Assembly: GCA_963677925.2 (NCBI GenBank) | Contig: CAXXYH010000003.1 | Location: 256,001-320,000 of the forward strand | From: Spirochaetia bacterium | GTDB taxonomy: Bacteria; Spirochaetota; Spirochaetia; UBA9216 | Length of the DNA stretch: 64,000 bases | Direction of reading: 5' to 3' | Shown here: positions 1 to 9,965 of the stretch, one piece after another | Position numbering within the stretch: position 1 is the first letter of the stretch | How the letters are laid out: each line of letters opens with the position of its first letter | Position numbers and translations under genes: made by a program | The notes under the pieces: generated by a model | What the model saw: the letters and a program-made list of their open reading frames with translations, nothing else | Database searches by the model: none | Told to the model about the DNA's origin: nothing

Positions 1-1784
1 AAAGATATATCAAGATCCCGGGCAAAGGCTGATATTGCCGTTATAATGGCATCCGAATGTTTTTCAGTAAGCAGCTTTTTTATCAGAGTACCGTCAATTT
101 TTATATAATTAGCATGAAATTGGGACAGATAAATAAAATTTGAATAGCCGCTTCCGAAATCATCAATTGCTATCCGTATTCCCTCTTCTTTTAGCCGGTG
201 TATATTACGGAAAATTGTTTCATAGTGAATTATCGATTCTGATTCAAGCAGTTCGATTATAACATAATGCTGCATATTATAATCTCTGCAGCATTTCACC
301 AGGAAATCGACTGTAGAATCATCCTCTATATCACGGGCACTGAAATTCAATGAAATTGTCTTTCCCATACCTGTGAAATCCCTGAACGATTTCCTTATCA
401 TGCATAAAGTAAGCTCTTTATATAGTTTACTTTTTCTGGCAACCTCCAGAAAATCGCCTGGAAGCAGTACTTCTCCATTTTCTCTGCGGATTCGTATCAG
501 GGCTTCATATTTTTCAATTTCATCTGTGTAATTATTTTTAATCGGCTGGTAGTAAGGAATTACCGCATCAGCCTTAATAGCTTCTTTTATAATACCTATT
601 GTTTTGAAATTGTTGTTGTAATTCGTTTCAACCTTCATCGAATCATCATAAAGAATCCAGCCCTTCTTTTCATACTTAGCTCTGTTCTTTGCAATATTTG
701 CATGACTTAGAAGCTCCATATGCATAGTTTCCTGATAAACAATTCCTGCAGTAACTGTTAAATCAAGCGGCTGCCCTATATTTACAAAACTCTCATCTGA
801 AATAGTATTTATAATTTTTTCTGCCGTTTGTATAATAAAATCAAGTTCCCCGCAGTCTTTAGCCAGAATTATGAACTCATCAACAGGAAATTTATAAAGC
901 TTTAAATGCGGAGTACAGATTTCATTAATAATATCAGCAATACGGAGCAGGACTCTGTCTCCTACAATTCCGCCGAACAGATTGTTTATATCCCTGAAGG
1001 AATCAATATCAATCATAATTACAGACATATATTTTCGTTCAACAGGAGCTGTGTCACGTATAAATCCATCGCGGTTGGGCAGATGTGTTAATTTATCTGA
1101 ATATATAAGTTTCTCAAGATCTGCGGTCCTTCGATCAGCTCCTTTTTTTAGAATATATGTCAGGGGAATCAGCGGTATCATGAAAATGCAGATGAGAATA
1201 ACAGCTTTATAAATACTGCTTCGAAGTATACTTATCTGGTCCTGAAGTTTTATATCAGCAGCAAGCATGTATTTATTTCCCTCCGGACTTATACCGGGCA
1301 GAAAAATTGAATAATAACTGTTCCAAATATTCCTGTATGCAGAATAATACCTGTAGGTAACTTTTCCTGCGTCAAATGCATCTGTAAGATCCTTGGGCGG
1401 AAAAGGATAAGGATTGTAGAAAAGACTTGGAGTTCCCCTTATTAAATCATCTTCGGTTTCATTACTGACCACAAAATAAATTGTGCTATTCTGACGAACC
1501 ATTGCATATACATATTCGAGCCCAAGTGAATCTGCAAAATTATTCAATACTTTAGTGATTTTTTCGTATTCAGCTGCTGAAATCCTGTTATTAAAATTAT
1601 ATTGATCAAAAAAATCAGGACCAATAATCATATCAAGGGACTTTGCAGCTGCGTAAAGACTGTTATTAAGCTGCTCTTCTTTACTTTTATATTCAATACG
1701 ATAAATATAGACAGAAAAAGCTGCAGTTAATATTATATAAATTAAAATAATCAGCGAAACTTTAGATCTTATACTTTTATTCAT
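1..1784 (-). CDS. Membrane-anchored sensor with degenerate GGDEF and EAL domains (c-di-GMP phosphodiesterase); 3' end lies outside the window
   Basis: Not in the ORF track; read by hand in segments from ATG 1784 (MNKSIRSKVSLIILI, TM). Motifs THLPNRDGF, YKFPVDEF (GGDEF position), KYEALIRI, IRIAIDDFGSGYSNF. Confidence 0.85.
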   Translation of the reverse strand, partial: MNKSIRSKVSLIILIYIILTAAFSVYIYRIEYKSKEEQLNNSLYAAAKSLDMIIGPDFFDQYNFNNRISAAEYEKITKVLNNFADSLGLEYVYAMVRQNSTIYFVVSNETEDDLIRGTPSLFYNPYPFPPKDLTDAFDAGKVTYRYYSAYRNIWNSYYSIFLPGISPEGNKYMLAADIKLQDQISILRSSIYKAVILICIFMIPLIPLTYILKKGADRRTADLEKLIYSDKLTHLPNRDGFIRDTAPVERKYMSVIMIDIDSFRDINNLFGGIVGDRVLLRIADIINEICTPHLKLYKFPVDEFIILAKDCGELDFIIQTAEKIINTISDESFVNIGQPLDLTVTAGIVYQETMHMELLSHANIAKNRAKYEKKGWILYDDSMKVETNYNNNFKTIGIIKEAIKADAVIPYYQPIKNNYTDEIEKYEALIRIRRENGEVLLPGDFLEVARKSKLYKELTLCMIRKSFRDFTGMGKTISLNFSARDIEDDSTVDFLVKCCRDYNMQHYVIIELLESESIIHYETIFRNIHRLKEEGIRIAIDDFGSGYSNFIYLSQFHANYIKIDGTLIKKLLTEKHSDAIITAISAFARDLDIS

Positions 1785-1884
1785 TTTTAACCCGTCTGTT
1801 TTTATAATGATTTTCAAAACTAACCGAGGTTTGCTGGAAGATCACATCTTTAAAATATACAACAACAGTTGCGTTTTATCTTTC

Positions 1885-2409
1885 CTATTCGAAGCCAGCA
1901 ACTATTTTTTCAAAGCGGTCGTTTATTTCACCCTGAAAATTTGAGTCATTAAGACTAAGCTGCATAACATTTTCAGTCTCCGGAGAGAGCATAGCTATCG
2001 GAAGCGCGGATGCTCCGGCAAAACGATCTCCGATAATTTCTTCTATTTTCTTGAATACAGTGTCATAGCCGAATTTGGAATCCTTCTGTTCCTCTGTTGA
2101 GCCGCAGCAGGAAATAAAATACAGTTTTTTAATACTTTCACTGTATTTATTAATGTATTTGAATACAGGATAAACCACAGTCCCCATCCATATAGGACTG
2201 CAGATTATAACCCTGTCAAAATCTGCCGGTGAATATTTTGAAGAACTGATGCCGAAGCCGAATCTGACCCCTGAAAATAAAAGCTGCAGAAGGTGAAGGT
2301 TTCCCCTAGGTTTAATTTCCTCGATACTGCATTTTAATCTTTTTGAGAACTCCTGAGCAATAAACCGGTTATTATTTGAATGTGAATAGTAAGCAACCAA
2401 AGTCTTCAT
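1885..2409 (-). CDS. Flavodoxin-like protein
   Basis: MKTLVAYYSHSNNN N-terminus, DRVIICSPIWMG motif; AGGAG SD. Confidence 0.7.
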   Translation of the reverse strand: MKTLVAYYSHSNNNRFIAQEFSKRLKCSIEEIKPRGNLHLLQLLFSGVRFGFGISSSKYSPADFDRVIICSPIWMGTVVYPVFKYINKYSESIKKLYFISCCGSTEEQKDSKFGYDTVFKKIEEIIGDRFAGASALPIAMLSPETENVMQLSLNDSNFQGEINDRFEKIVAGFE

Positions 2410-2529
2410 ACTTTCTCCTAATATTTAAACAGGAATATTTTAGCATAGAAAATATAATTTTAAAAATATCTTGTGCTGACCTCTTTTTTCTAACCTCTGA
2501 TTGCTTATAATACCTAAAGAGAGAATCTA

Positions 2530-4290
2530 ATGAAAAATAAAATGTTAAAATTTCAGGCACTCGGACTCGCAGGATTTTTCCTTATCATTCTAAGCGTAAT
2601 GCTCATATGGGTAAGCAGTCTGCTTTTTAATCAGGTAGAATCGCAACGAACTATAGATTCATATAATAGATACATGAATTTTAACAACCATCTTGAAAAT
2701 TTCATATTGACTCACAATGATATTCTACTCGGATTTTCAGCTTACATTGAAACATTTGATAATTTTCAGGATGAAGAAATTTACATATTTTTAGCTAATT
2801 TAATGCACGACAGAAGTCCATATATCCGGAATATCGGGATACTCAAGGATACAACGCTTATATGGAACTACCCCAGAGAAAAAAATGCCGCCGCTATCGG
2901 GGTTGATCTCTCACAAATAGAAGGTCAGTCCCGAAAAGTCCTCCAGGTTAAACGGGAACTAAGACCTGTTTTTCAGGGACCGGTAAATCTTGTTCAGGGC
3001 GGTATCGGGTATATCATAAGGCTTCCCTTTTTAAAAGACGGTTTATATTGGGGACAGGCAAGTATTGTTCTTGATGGAATCAAATTCAATGAATATATAG
3101 ATCAAATAAGCAAAGATGCTGAAATCAAGGTTCTTATATTGGATAAAAGCGAAAAATCTCAAATCATGTACGGCAATCCAGAGATAATTGATATGGATCC
3201 TGAAAAAATTATTAAAAAAACAGATTTTGGGGACTGGGAAATCTATTATATCCCTGATGAACTTACTAACAATTTTAACTACAGCATAATCTACCTTGTA
3301 ATACTGCTAGGTATTATGGTTATTTTATCTGCAACTATCAGTTTATATCGTATTTCAGTCAAACATATGCAGCTTCGTAATAAAAATAGAACACTGAATG
3401 AGACTGCTGTAACTGACAGGCTGACAGGTGTTTTTAATAGAGAAATGCTGGAGAGGAACATTCACAGCGAAATTGATAGAGCTGATCGATTGGAATACGA
3501 TCTTTCAATAATTCTTTTTGATCTGGATCATTTTAAACATGTAAATGATAATTTTGGTCATGAAGCAGGTGATCGGGTATTGATTGGCACTGCCGCAAAA
3601 GCCAAAGAAATAATCAGAAAAAGTGATCTCCTGGTACGATGGGGCGGAGAGGAATTTTTAATCATTGTTTCCGGCGGCAGTTTGAATATAGCCGTCGGTA
3701 TTGCTGAGAAACTGCGTACAGCGATTTCAAAAATTGAATATAACGATATAGGTCATGTAACAATAAGTCTTGGAATTGCTCAGCGTCTTGAGTATGAGTT
3801 CTGGGGCAGCTTATTCAAACGTGTTGATAATGCCCTCTATAAGGCAAAAAATGACGGCAGGAACAGGTTATCAATAAGTATGGACAGTGAACCGATGAAA
3901 AGAGAATTGAAAACACTTGACTGGAAGAGTGAATGGTTTTGCAGTAATAATACAATTAATCAGCAGCATAAACAGCTGATGGTTGATGCCAACGCAATGA
4001 TTGATTTATTTGACGTTAATCCTGAGAAATTTCACTTACTATATATCGACTTCATTGAATCTCTGACAAGACATTTCAGATATGAAGAAGGAATTCTTCT
4101 TAAAGCCGGATATCCATTTCTTGATGATCATAAAGAAATACATACCCATATTCTAAACAGTATTAATCGCACAGAAGCAAACATTGATCATTATATAAAA
4201 ACTCCTGAAGCTCTCTTTGATTATATTCTTGAAGAAATTCTTGTGGGTCATTTTTTTATAGAAGACTTCAAATTTTTTAACTATTTATAA
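2530..4290 (+). CDS. Diguanylate cyclase: CHASE-like sensor, GGDEF and C-terminal hemerythrin domain
   Basis: Two TM segments flanking GPVNLVQGG (CHASE); DLDHFKHVND, RWGGEEF; hemerythrin ligands QH, HFRYEE, HKEIH, HFFIED. Confidence 0.9.
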   Translation: MKNKMLKFQALGLAGFFLIILSVMLIWVSSLLFNQVESQRTIDSYNRYMNFNNHLENFILTHNDILLGFSAYIETFDNFQDEEIYIFLANLMHDRSPYIRNIGILKDTTLIWNYPREKNAAAIGVDLSQIEGQSRKVLQVKRELRPVFQGPVNLVQGGIGYIIRLPFLKDGLYWGQASIVLDGIKFNEYIDQISKDAEIKVLILDKSEKSQIMYGNPEIIDMDPEKIIKKTDFGDWEIYYIPDELTNNFNYSIIYLVILLGIMVILSATISLYRISVKHMQLRNKNRTLNETAVTDRLTGVFNREMLERNIHSEIDRADRLEYDLSIILFDLDHFKHVNDNFGHEAGDRVLIGTAAKAKEIIRKSDLLVRWGGEEFLIIVSGGSLNIAVGIAEKLRTAISKIEYNDIGHVTISLGIAQRLEYEFWGSLFKRVDNALYKAKNDGRNRLSISMDSEPMKRELKTLDWKSEWFCSNNTINQQHKQLMVDANAMIDLFDVNPEKFHLLYIDFIESLTRHFRYEEGILLKAGYPFLDDHKEIHTHILNSINRTEANIDHYIKTPEALFDYILEEILVGHFFIEDFKFFNYL

Positions 4291-4336
4291 AATTTCATCA
4301 TTCGGAATAGAAAAGAAGTAGATCGGTTACAGATAC

Positions 4337-4374
4337 AAAAAAAAGACTGTCTGAAATTATTACAGACAGTCTTT
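4337..4374. terminator. Intrinsic terminator between the convergent DGC and tRNA genes
   Basis: AAAGACTGTCTG...CAGACAGTCTTT inverted repeat with an A8 run (U-tract on the minus strand). Confidence 0.8.
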
Positions 4375-4378
4375 AATA

Positions 4379-4451
4379 CTCCCCCGGACAGACTTGAACT
4401 GCCGACCTAGTGATTAACAGTCACCCGCTCTACCAGCTGAGCTACAGGGGA
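4379..4451 (-). tRNA. tRNA-Asn(GTT)
   Basis: Reverse complement TCCCCTGTAGCTCAGCTGGTAGAGCGGGTGACTGTTAATCACTAGGTCGGCAGTTCAAGTCTGTCCGGGGGAG folds as a cloverleaf with anticodon GTT; CCA not encoded. Confidence 0.96.
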
Positions 4452-4468
4452 TTGCTTAATGCTTGGTT

Positions 4469-4497
4469 AAGATAAATGAATTTAATTTTTATGTCAA
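4469..4497 (-). promoter_or_regulatory. sigma70 promoter of tRNA-Asn
   Basis: TTGACA-17 nt-TATCTT. Confidence 0.7.
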
Positions 4498-4610
4498 CGG
4501 GTATTCAAAAGTTTTCTTAATATTTTTAATACGATATAAATTATTGTATAATAACTAATTAAATAAAATCTCTTATAATGATGCAAAATGTTTTTTCCTG
4601 ATAAAATCCA

Positions 4611-4639
4611 TTGCTAAATAAGCATTACTATTATATAAT
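4611..4639 (+). promoter_or_regulatory. sigma70 promoter of perR (leaderless geometry)
   Basis: TTGCTA-17 nt-TATAAT; ATG 6 nt downstream; no SD. Confidence 0.65.
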
Positions 4640-4645
4640 ATTTTA

Positions 4646-5083
4646 ATGCATTTACATACAGAGAACCTGACTTTTATACGGGAGGAATTCAAAAAGTGCG
4701 GTTTGCGCATGACCCCCAACAGAGTCACTATATTTAATTTGATTAAGCCTCTAAAAACTCATCCTACTGTAGATGAAGTTTATAAACTTGTTAAACCGGT
4801 TATACCTTCAGTGACTTATGACACAGTGAACAGGACAATGCAGACTTTTCATGACTGCGGGCTTATTGAGAAAACCGAAACCTACGGCTCTACAAGACGC
4901 TTTGATACCCAGACGCATGGACATAATCACTTTCATTGTACGGAATGCGGAAATATCTATGATATCGAATCCAAAGGTAATGAAAAGGAAGTTGAATATT
5001 TGACAGCACCTCCTGAAAATTTCACAATTACAGGTATGAGAATAGTCTACAGCGGGATATGCAGCAGCTGTAAACATAATTAA
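4646..5083 (+). CDS. perR: Fur-family repressor, PerR-like
   Basis: GLRMTPNR, HPTVDEVY, HNHFHCTECG, C-terminal CSSC; directly upstream of rubrerythrin. Confidence 0.8.
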   Translation: MHLHTENLTFIREEFKKCGLRMTPNRVTIFNLIKPLKTHPTVDEVYKLVKPVIPSVTYDTVNRTMQTFHDCGLIEKTETYGSTRRFDTQTHGHNHFHCTECGNIYDIESKGNEKEVEYLTAPPENFTITGMRIVYSGICSSCKHN

Positions 5084-5137
5084 GGAATCATCATTCTGTT
5101 AAACAGATGATAAAAATATATTTATAGGAGTATCATT

Positions 5138-5659
5138 ATGGGAAAAACTTCAGAGAATCTGCAGTCTGCCTTCGCAGGTGAATCTCAGGCCAGAAACAAA
5201 TATACATTCTGGGCTGCAGTAGCTAGAGAAGAAGGCTATAACTACATAGCCAAAATTTTTGAAGAAACTGCAGCAAACGAAATGCAGCACGCTTTTGACG
5301 AGTTTACTATGCTCGGAGGTATCGGAGATACTGCGGCAAACCTGAAGGCCGCCATGGAAGGTGAAGATTACGAAGTACAGACAATGTATGCTGATTTTGC
5401 AAAGGAAGCCGAAGCTGAAGGTGAAAAAGATGCTATGAATCTATTCAAACAGATTCTTAAAGTCGAAGCTCATCACAGAGACAGATACAAAAGACTTCTT
5501 GAAATGGTTAACAACGGTACAGTCTATAAAAGAGACGAACCTATTCTATGGAAGTGCAGTGTATGCGGTTACATTGTTGAAAATACAGAACCGCCTGTAA
5601 AGTGCCCATGCTGCAAGAGCGGAAAAGAACTTTTCGAACCGGCAAACCTCGACCTCTAA
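5138..5659 (+). CDS. rbr: Rubrerythrin
   Basis: AFAGESQARNKY, NEMQH, EAHH; C-terminal rubredoxin-like WKCSVCGY...CPCC. Confidence 0.93.
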   Translation: MGKTSENLQSAFAGESQARNKYTFWAAVAREEGYNYIAKIFEETAANEMQHAFDEFTMLGGIGDTAANLKAAMEGEDYEVQTMYADFAKEAEAEGEKDAMNLFKQILKVEAHHRDRYKRLLEMVNNGTVYKRDEPILWKCSVCGYIVENTEPPVKCPCCKSGKELFEPANLDL

Positions 5660-5678
5660 AATTAATTTTCCTGAGAAG

Positions 5679-5705
5679 AAAGCCGCCTTTCAAAGGCGGT
5701 TTTTT
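5679..5705 (+). terminator. Intrinsic terminator after rbr
   Basis: GCCGCCTTT-C-AAAGGCGGT followed by a T-run. Confidence 0.8.
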
Positions 5706-5723
5706 AATGTATAATGTTTCATT

Positions 5724-6794
5724 ATGAAGTACCATAAAATCTTTAAAAACCGTAAAGAAAGCATTGGAAGTCCTCCAGGCTCACTGGTCCATATCGGCAG
5801 AAAAAAAACTGATAAGGCTGTGATATCTCTAATGAGATACAATGAAACAGAATTATCAGAAACTGTACCGGATGATATTAATTCCGCTCTAATCGAAAAA
5901 CAGGCTGATTATGTCAACTGGATCAACATTGACGGGCTTCATGATATAGAACTGATTAACAGAACAGGCACTCTTTTTAATATACATCCCCTGCTCCTTG
6001 AAGATATTCTGAATACTACAATTCTTCCCAAAATTGACATAATTGATGATCAGATGCTTTTAATACTGAAAATGATCTCCTGGGATGAGAAAAGCGGGAG
6101 CATTGAGTCTGAACAGGTCAGTTTTATCCTTGGCAAGGATTACCTAATCAGTTTTCAGGAAAAACCGGGAGACCTTTTCGATCCTGTCAGGGCAAGACTT
6201 AGAAACTGCCTTGGTAAAATCAGAAAAAAGGGTAATGATTATCTATTTTACGCGTTAATTGATATTATTATCGACAACTACATGGCAGTCACAGATACAC
6301 TTTCAGAACGTATAGATAATCTTGAAGATGAAGTACTCAAAAATCCAGTCAGCGAACACACCACAGCGCTGCATGATTTAAGAAAGGAACTGCTCTACCT
6401 TCGCAAAATAACAATGCCCCTTAAGGAAATTGCAAATAACATAAAACGCGAAGAAACTGATTTGATCAGCGAAGACACTCTGGTTTTCTTCAACGATGTG
6501 TCTGACCATGTCATACAGGTTGTTGAGTTTATCGATGTATTCCGTGAAATTCTAAGCGGTGTATATGACACATATACTTCAACTATAAGCAACCGGATGA
6601 ACTCAGTAATGAAGGTTCTGACACTGATTGCTACAATTTTTATTCCGTTAACATTTATTGCCGGTATTTACGGTATGAATTTTTCCTATATGCCTGAACT
6701 TTCTGTTAAATGGGCTTATTTTGCAGTTCTTCTTGTTATGCTTATAATCGGTGTATCTATGCTCGTTTTCTTTAAAAAGAAAAAATGGTTATAA
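5724..6794 (+). CDS. corA: Mg/Co transporter CorA
   Basis: MKVLTLIATIFIPLTFIAGIYGMNF..MPEL signature. Confidence 0.95.
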   Translation: MKYHKIFKNRKESIGSPPGSLVHIGRKKTDKAVISLMRYNETELSETVPDDINSALIEKQADYVNWINIDGLHDIELINRTGTLFNIHPLLLEDILNTTILPKIDIIDDQMLLILKMISWDEKSGSIESEQVSFILGKDYLISFQEKPGDLFDPVRARLRNCLGKIRKKGNDYLFYALIDIIIDNYMAVTDTLSERIDNLEDEVLKNPVSEHTTALHDLRKELLYLRKITMPLKEIANNIKREETDLISEDTLVFFNDVSDHVIQVVEFIDVFREILSGVYDTYTSTISNRMNSVMKVLTLIATIFIPLTFIAGIYGMNFSYMPELSVKWAYFAVLLVMLIIGVSMLVFFKKKKWL

Positions 6795-6806
6795 AAGAGG
6801 AATTAA

Positions 6807-7601
6807 ATGGCTGACGATAATTCAAATAATTTTTTCTGGTCAAAAATTCCCGAAGAAATACCGGAAATATTATTGATAAATTACGGTATAAGTGAAATTT
6901 GTATCCTGAAAAAGGCTGATTCTTTGTATACAGCATTAAAAACAAGTACAGACGGCCGTGAAAAATTCAGTTTAAACGATAAAATATCAGAGGATGCTTC
7001 GACCTCTTTCAATTTGGAAATGCTGGGTTTAAAAAACATGGGAAAAAGCAGTCTGTGTCCAGTATTTCCCGACAGACCGCTCATTCTGATGTTTGATTTC
7101 CCCTTCACACTCAATCCGGATACAGATATAAGCTTTCTCTGCAGCCTTCCTGTAGCACCGGCAATTGTAAAACAAAACCCGAAAGGTATTCTTAAAGAAT
7201 TCTCAACCTGGAAGCTCTCAAATACCTGGTCAGGCGATTTTGAATCCGGCGATCTGTGTTTTTCTTACAACACTGTATTTCATGACAGGAAAGATCTTGA
7301 AAACCTTAAACCTGACAAAGCGGCAATACTAATACATTTCTCTAATAAATCCTCTGAAGCATTCCGTTTTTATAAAATTTTTCTTAACACTCCTTCGCTT
7401 AAGATTTTTCAAAACGGCAGATACCTTTCATCTAATAAGGTTGATGTTACAGTATCAGGACCGGAACAGCTGCTGCAGTATAATTATCATGATACGCCGG
7501 GGAGAGAGATTGAATTCGATAATCTGCTTACCAGTCCAAGACGGTCTGATGATAAAAGTCTGATCAGAAGAAGTTTCAGATTTTTTAAAAATCTAGGCTG
7601 A
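6807..7601 (+). CDS. DUF432-like protein
   Basis: PVFPDRPLIL and LSNTWSG..SGDLCF motifs; sits between corA and mscS. Confidence 0.55.
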   Translation: MADDNSNNFFWSKIPEEIPEILLINYGISEICILKKADSLYTALKTSTDGREKFSLNDKISEDASTSFNLEMLGLKNMGKSSLCPVFPDRPLILMFDFPFTLNPDTDISFLCSLPVAPAIVKQNPKGILKEFSTWKLSNTWSGDFESGDLCFSYNTVFHDRKDLENLKPDKAAILIHFSNKSSEAFRFYKIFLNTPSLKIFQNGRYLSSNKVDVTVSGPEQLLQYNYHDTPGREIEFDNLLTSPRRSDDKSLIRRSFRFFKNLG

Positions 7602-7613
7602 CAGGAGTAAAAT

Positions 7614-8408
7614 ATGGATTTCAAAAACCTAAATGAATTTTTCAACAATCTTCCGTATCAAACTATTCTTAAAGCGGCAATTATTGCAGTCTGCGGGCTT
7701 ATAATAATCAGGATAATTACCGCCGTTTTAAAACGTACATTAAAGAAAAAAATCTCCCAGCAGAGCTATATGCTGATAAACAAAATTGTTATCTATGCAG
7801 GTCTTTTCATTGTTATTCTGACGGTACTTTCAATTTTCGATATTGATCTTACAGCGCTTCTGGGAGCCGCCGGAATTGCAGGCTTGACGATAGGTGTGGC
7901 CTCAAAAAACAGTGTTGGTAATATAATCAGCGGTATTTTTCTTATAAGTGAAAAATCTTTCCAGGTTGGTGATGTTGTTAAAATAGGAGATAAGACCGGA
8001 ATAGTCTATTCAATAGATCTGCTGTCCATAAAACTAAGGACCTTTGACAACCTTTTTGTCCGTATTCCGAACGAGAATATTATCAATTCAGACGTTACTA
8101 CTGTTACCAGATTTCCTATAAGAAGAATGGATATCAATATCTCTGTACCTTATAATACAGACCTTGAAAAAGTAAAAAACATTCTTTTATCGGCCGCTTC
8201 AGAGAATCCGCTTTGCCTTACCGAACCTGAACCTTTATTTGTATATAACGGCTTCGGGGAAAAAGGCTGTGAAATATTGTTGGGGATGTGGTTTGAGAAA
8301 ACAAGCTATCTTCAGCTAAAAAACTCTATAATTCCTGAAATAAAGACAGCATTTGAAAAAGAGAAAATTGAATTCGCATACCCTGCGCTCAAGATTCATA
8401 CAAAATAA
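7614..8408 (+). CDS. mscS: Small-conductance mechanosensitive channel
   Basis: LLGAAGIAGLTIG, NIISGIFL, FQVGDVVKIG, VRIPN. Confidence 0.92.
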   Translation: MDFKNLNEFFNNLPYQTILKAAIIAVCGLIIIRIITAVLKRTLKKKISQQSYMLINKIVIYAGLFIVILTVLSIFDIDLTALLGAAGIAGLTIGVASKNSVGNIISGIFLISEKSFQVGDVVKIGDKTGIVYSIDLLSIKLRTFDNLFVRIPNENIINSDVTTVTRFPIRRMDINISVPYNTDLEKVKNILLSAASENPLCLTEPEPLFVYNGFGEKGCEILLGMWFEKTSYLQLKNSIIPEIKTAFEKEKIEFAYPALKIHTK

Positions 8409-8417
8409 TACATTTGC

Positions 8418-8446
8418 TTGTATTTTAAAAATACAGATCATATAAT
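8418..8446 (+). promoter_or_regulatory. sigma70 promoter of the gcv operon with an overlapping palindrome
   Basis: TTGTAT-17 nt-TATAAT; TGTATTTT-A-AAAATACA at 8419-8435. Confidence 0.6.
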
Positions 8447-8472
8447 TATCTCAGATTTCAGGAGGCCCAGTC

Positions 8473-9555
8473 ATGTCAGATCATTTATACCTGAAACATA
8501 GCCCTCTAAACCATCTTCATCTTGAACACAACGCCCGTATGACAGCGTTTACCGGCTGGTCACTGCCTCTTCACTACGGTTCCATCATAGCGGAACATAA
8601 CTATACAAGGAAGGCTGCATCAATATTTGATATCAGCCATATGGGTGAAATTATCATTGAAGGCAGCACTGCAGAAGAAGAGCTCAACAGACTGTTTACA
8701 CGTGATATAAAACAAATTCCCGTCAATTCCTGCCGTTACGGATTCATGCTCAATAACGATGGTTTTACAATCGATGATCTTATTTTATACAGATTTTCAT
8801 CAAATAAATTTATGGCCGTTGTAAATTCATCCCGCATTGATGAAGATTTTGAGTGGCTGCTTTCAAATTTATCATCTGAAAATAATGTAATTAATATTTC
8901 TGACGATACCGTCAAACTTGATTTACAGGGACCTGATTCAATAAAAGCAGTTTCACAGATATTTGAATCAAAGGATTTACAGGATTTAATGCGGTTCTCA
9001 TTTACTGAAATTGATTATGAAAGTTTTCATATAATCATCAGCAGAACCGGATATACCGGCGAGGATGGTTTTGAATTATACATACCGGTTGAGGCCGGAG
9101 GACTTTTATGGACCAGATTTATAGAAAATACTGTTGTTAAACCAGCCGGACTGGGTGCAAGAGACAGCCTTAGACTTGAAAAGGGGTATTCTCTATACGG
9201 ACATGAGCTTTCACTTAAAATATCTCCTTCTGAAGCAAATCTTATGCATTTTGTCGACATGGAAAAAGATTTTATTGGAAAAAAAGCACTCACTGATATT
9301 GAAAATAAAGGACCTGACGTCATAATTACACCTTTTATCTGCGAAGGCAGACAGACTGCAAGGGATGATTACGAAATCTATCTGGATAAAAGAAGAATAG
9401 GAATTGTTACAAGCGGCTGTTTTTCACCAGTTCTTAAAAGAGGAATAGGACTTGCCCTCATAGACCGGCGATATTATGATAAGAATTTAAATATAACATG
9501 TGTGAATGAGGATATAAGCATAAAAGCGGAAATTGCCAGACTTCCGTTTGTTTAA
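8473..9555 (+). CDS. gcvT: Glycine cleavage T protein
   Basis: FDISHMGE, SRTGYTGEDGFE, GLGARDSLRLEKG. Confidence 0.95.
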   Translation: MSDHLYLKHSPLNHLHLEHNARMTAFTGWSLPLHYGSIIAEHNYTRKAASIFDISHMGEIIIEGSTAEEELNRLFTRDIKQIPVNSCRYGFMLNNDGFTIDDLILYRFSSNKFMAVVNSSRIDEDFEWLLSNLSSENNVINISDDTVKLDLQGPDSIKAVSQIFESKDLQDLMRFSFTEIDYESFHIIISRTGYTGEDGFELYIPVEAGGLLWTRFIENTVVKPAGLGARDSLRLEKGYSLYGHELSLKISPSEANLMHFVDMEKDFIGKKALTDIENKGPDVIITPFICEGRQTARDDYEIYLDKRRIGIVTSGCFSPVLKRGIGLALIDRRYYDKNLNITCVNEDISIKAEIARLPFV

Positions 9556-9566
9556 AAAAGGAGAAA

Positions 9567-9956
9567 ATGATGATACCCAAAGATCGACGATACACAAAGG
9601 AACATGAATGGATTATTACCGAAGGTGATACCGGAACTATTGGTATAACACAGCATGCCAGTGATGAACTTGGTGATATAACCTATGTTGAACTTCCCGC
9701 TCCAGGAACTTCATTCAGCGAGGGTGACAGCGTGGTAACGCTTGAGTCTGTGAAGGCAGTCAGTCCTGTCTACTGCCCGGCTACGGGAAGTGTAATCGAA
9801 ATCAACACAATGCTGGAAGATTCTCCGGAGCTGATAAATACAGACTGCTACAATCAAGGCTGGATAATAAAACTGAAGCTGACTTCAGGCTTAAAAGATC
9901 AGCTGCTTGATTCAGAAGAATATGAGGAATATCTGAAATCACTTGAAAATGAATAG
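9567..9956 (+). CDS. gcvH: Glycine cleavage H protein
   Basis: YTKEHEW, lipoyl-Lys motif ESVKA. Confidence 0.96.
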   Translation: MMIPKDRRYTKEHEWIITEGDTGTIGITQHASDELGDITYVELPAPGTSFSEGDSVVTLESVKAVSPVYCPATGSVIEINTMLEDSPELINTDCYNQGWIIKLKLTSGLKDQLLDSEEYEEYLKSLENE

Positions 9957-9965
9957 GAGTTCAAT

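Noticed and set aside
906-1212. Two short plus-strand ORFs
   Set aside because: Antisense to the EAL-domain gene.
4291-4645. tRNA-Asn as an island integration site
   Set aside because: No integrase in the window and I saw no duplicated tRNA 3' end.
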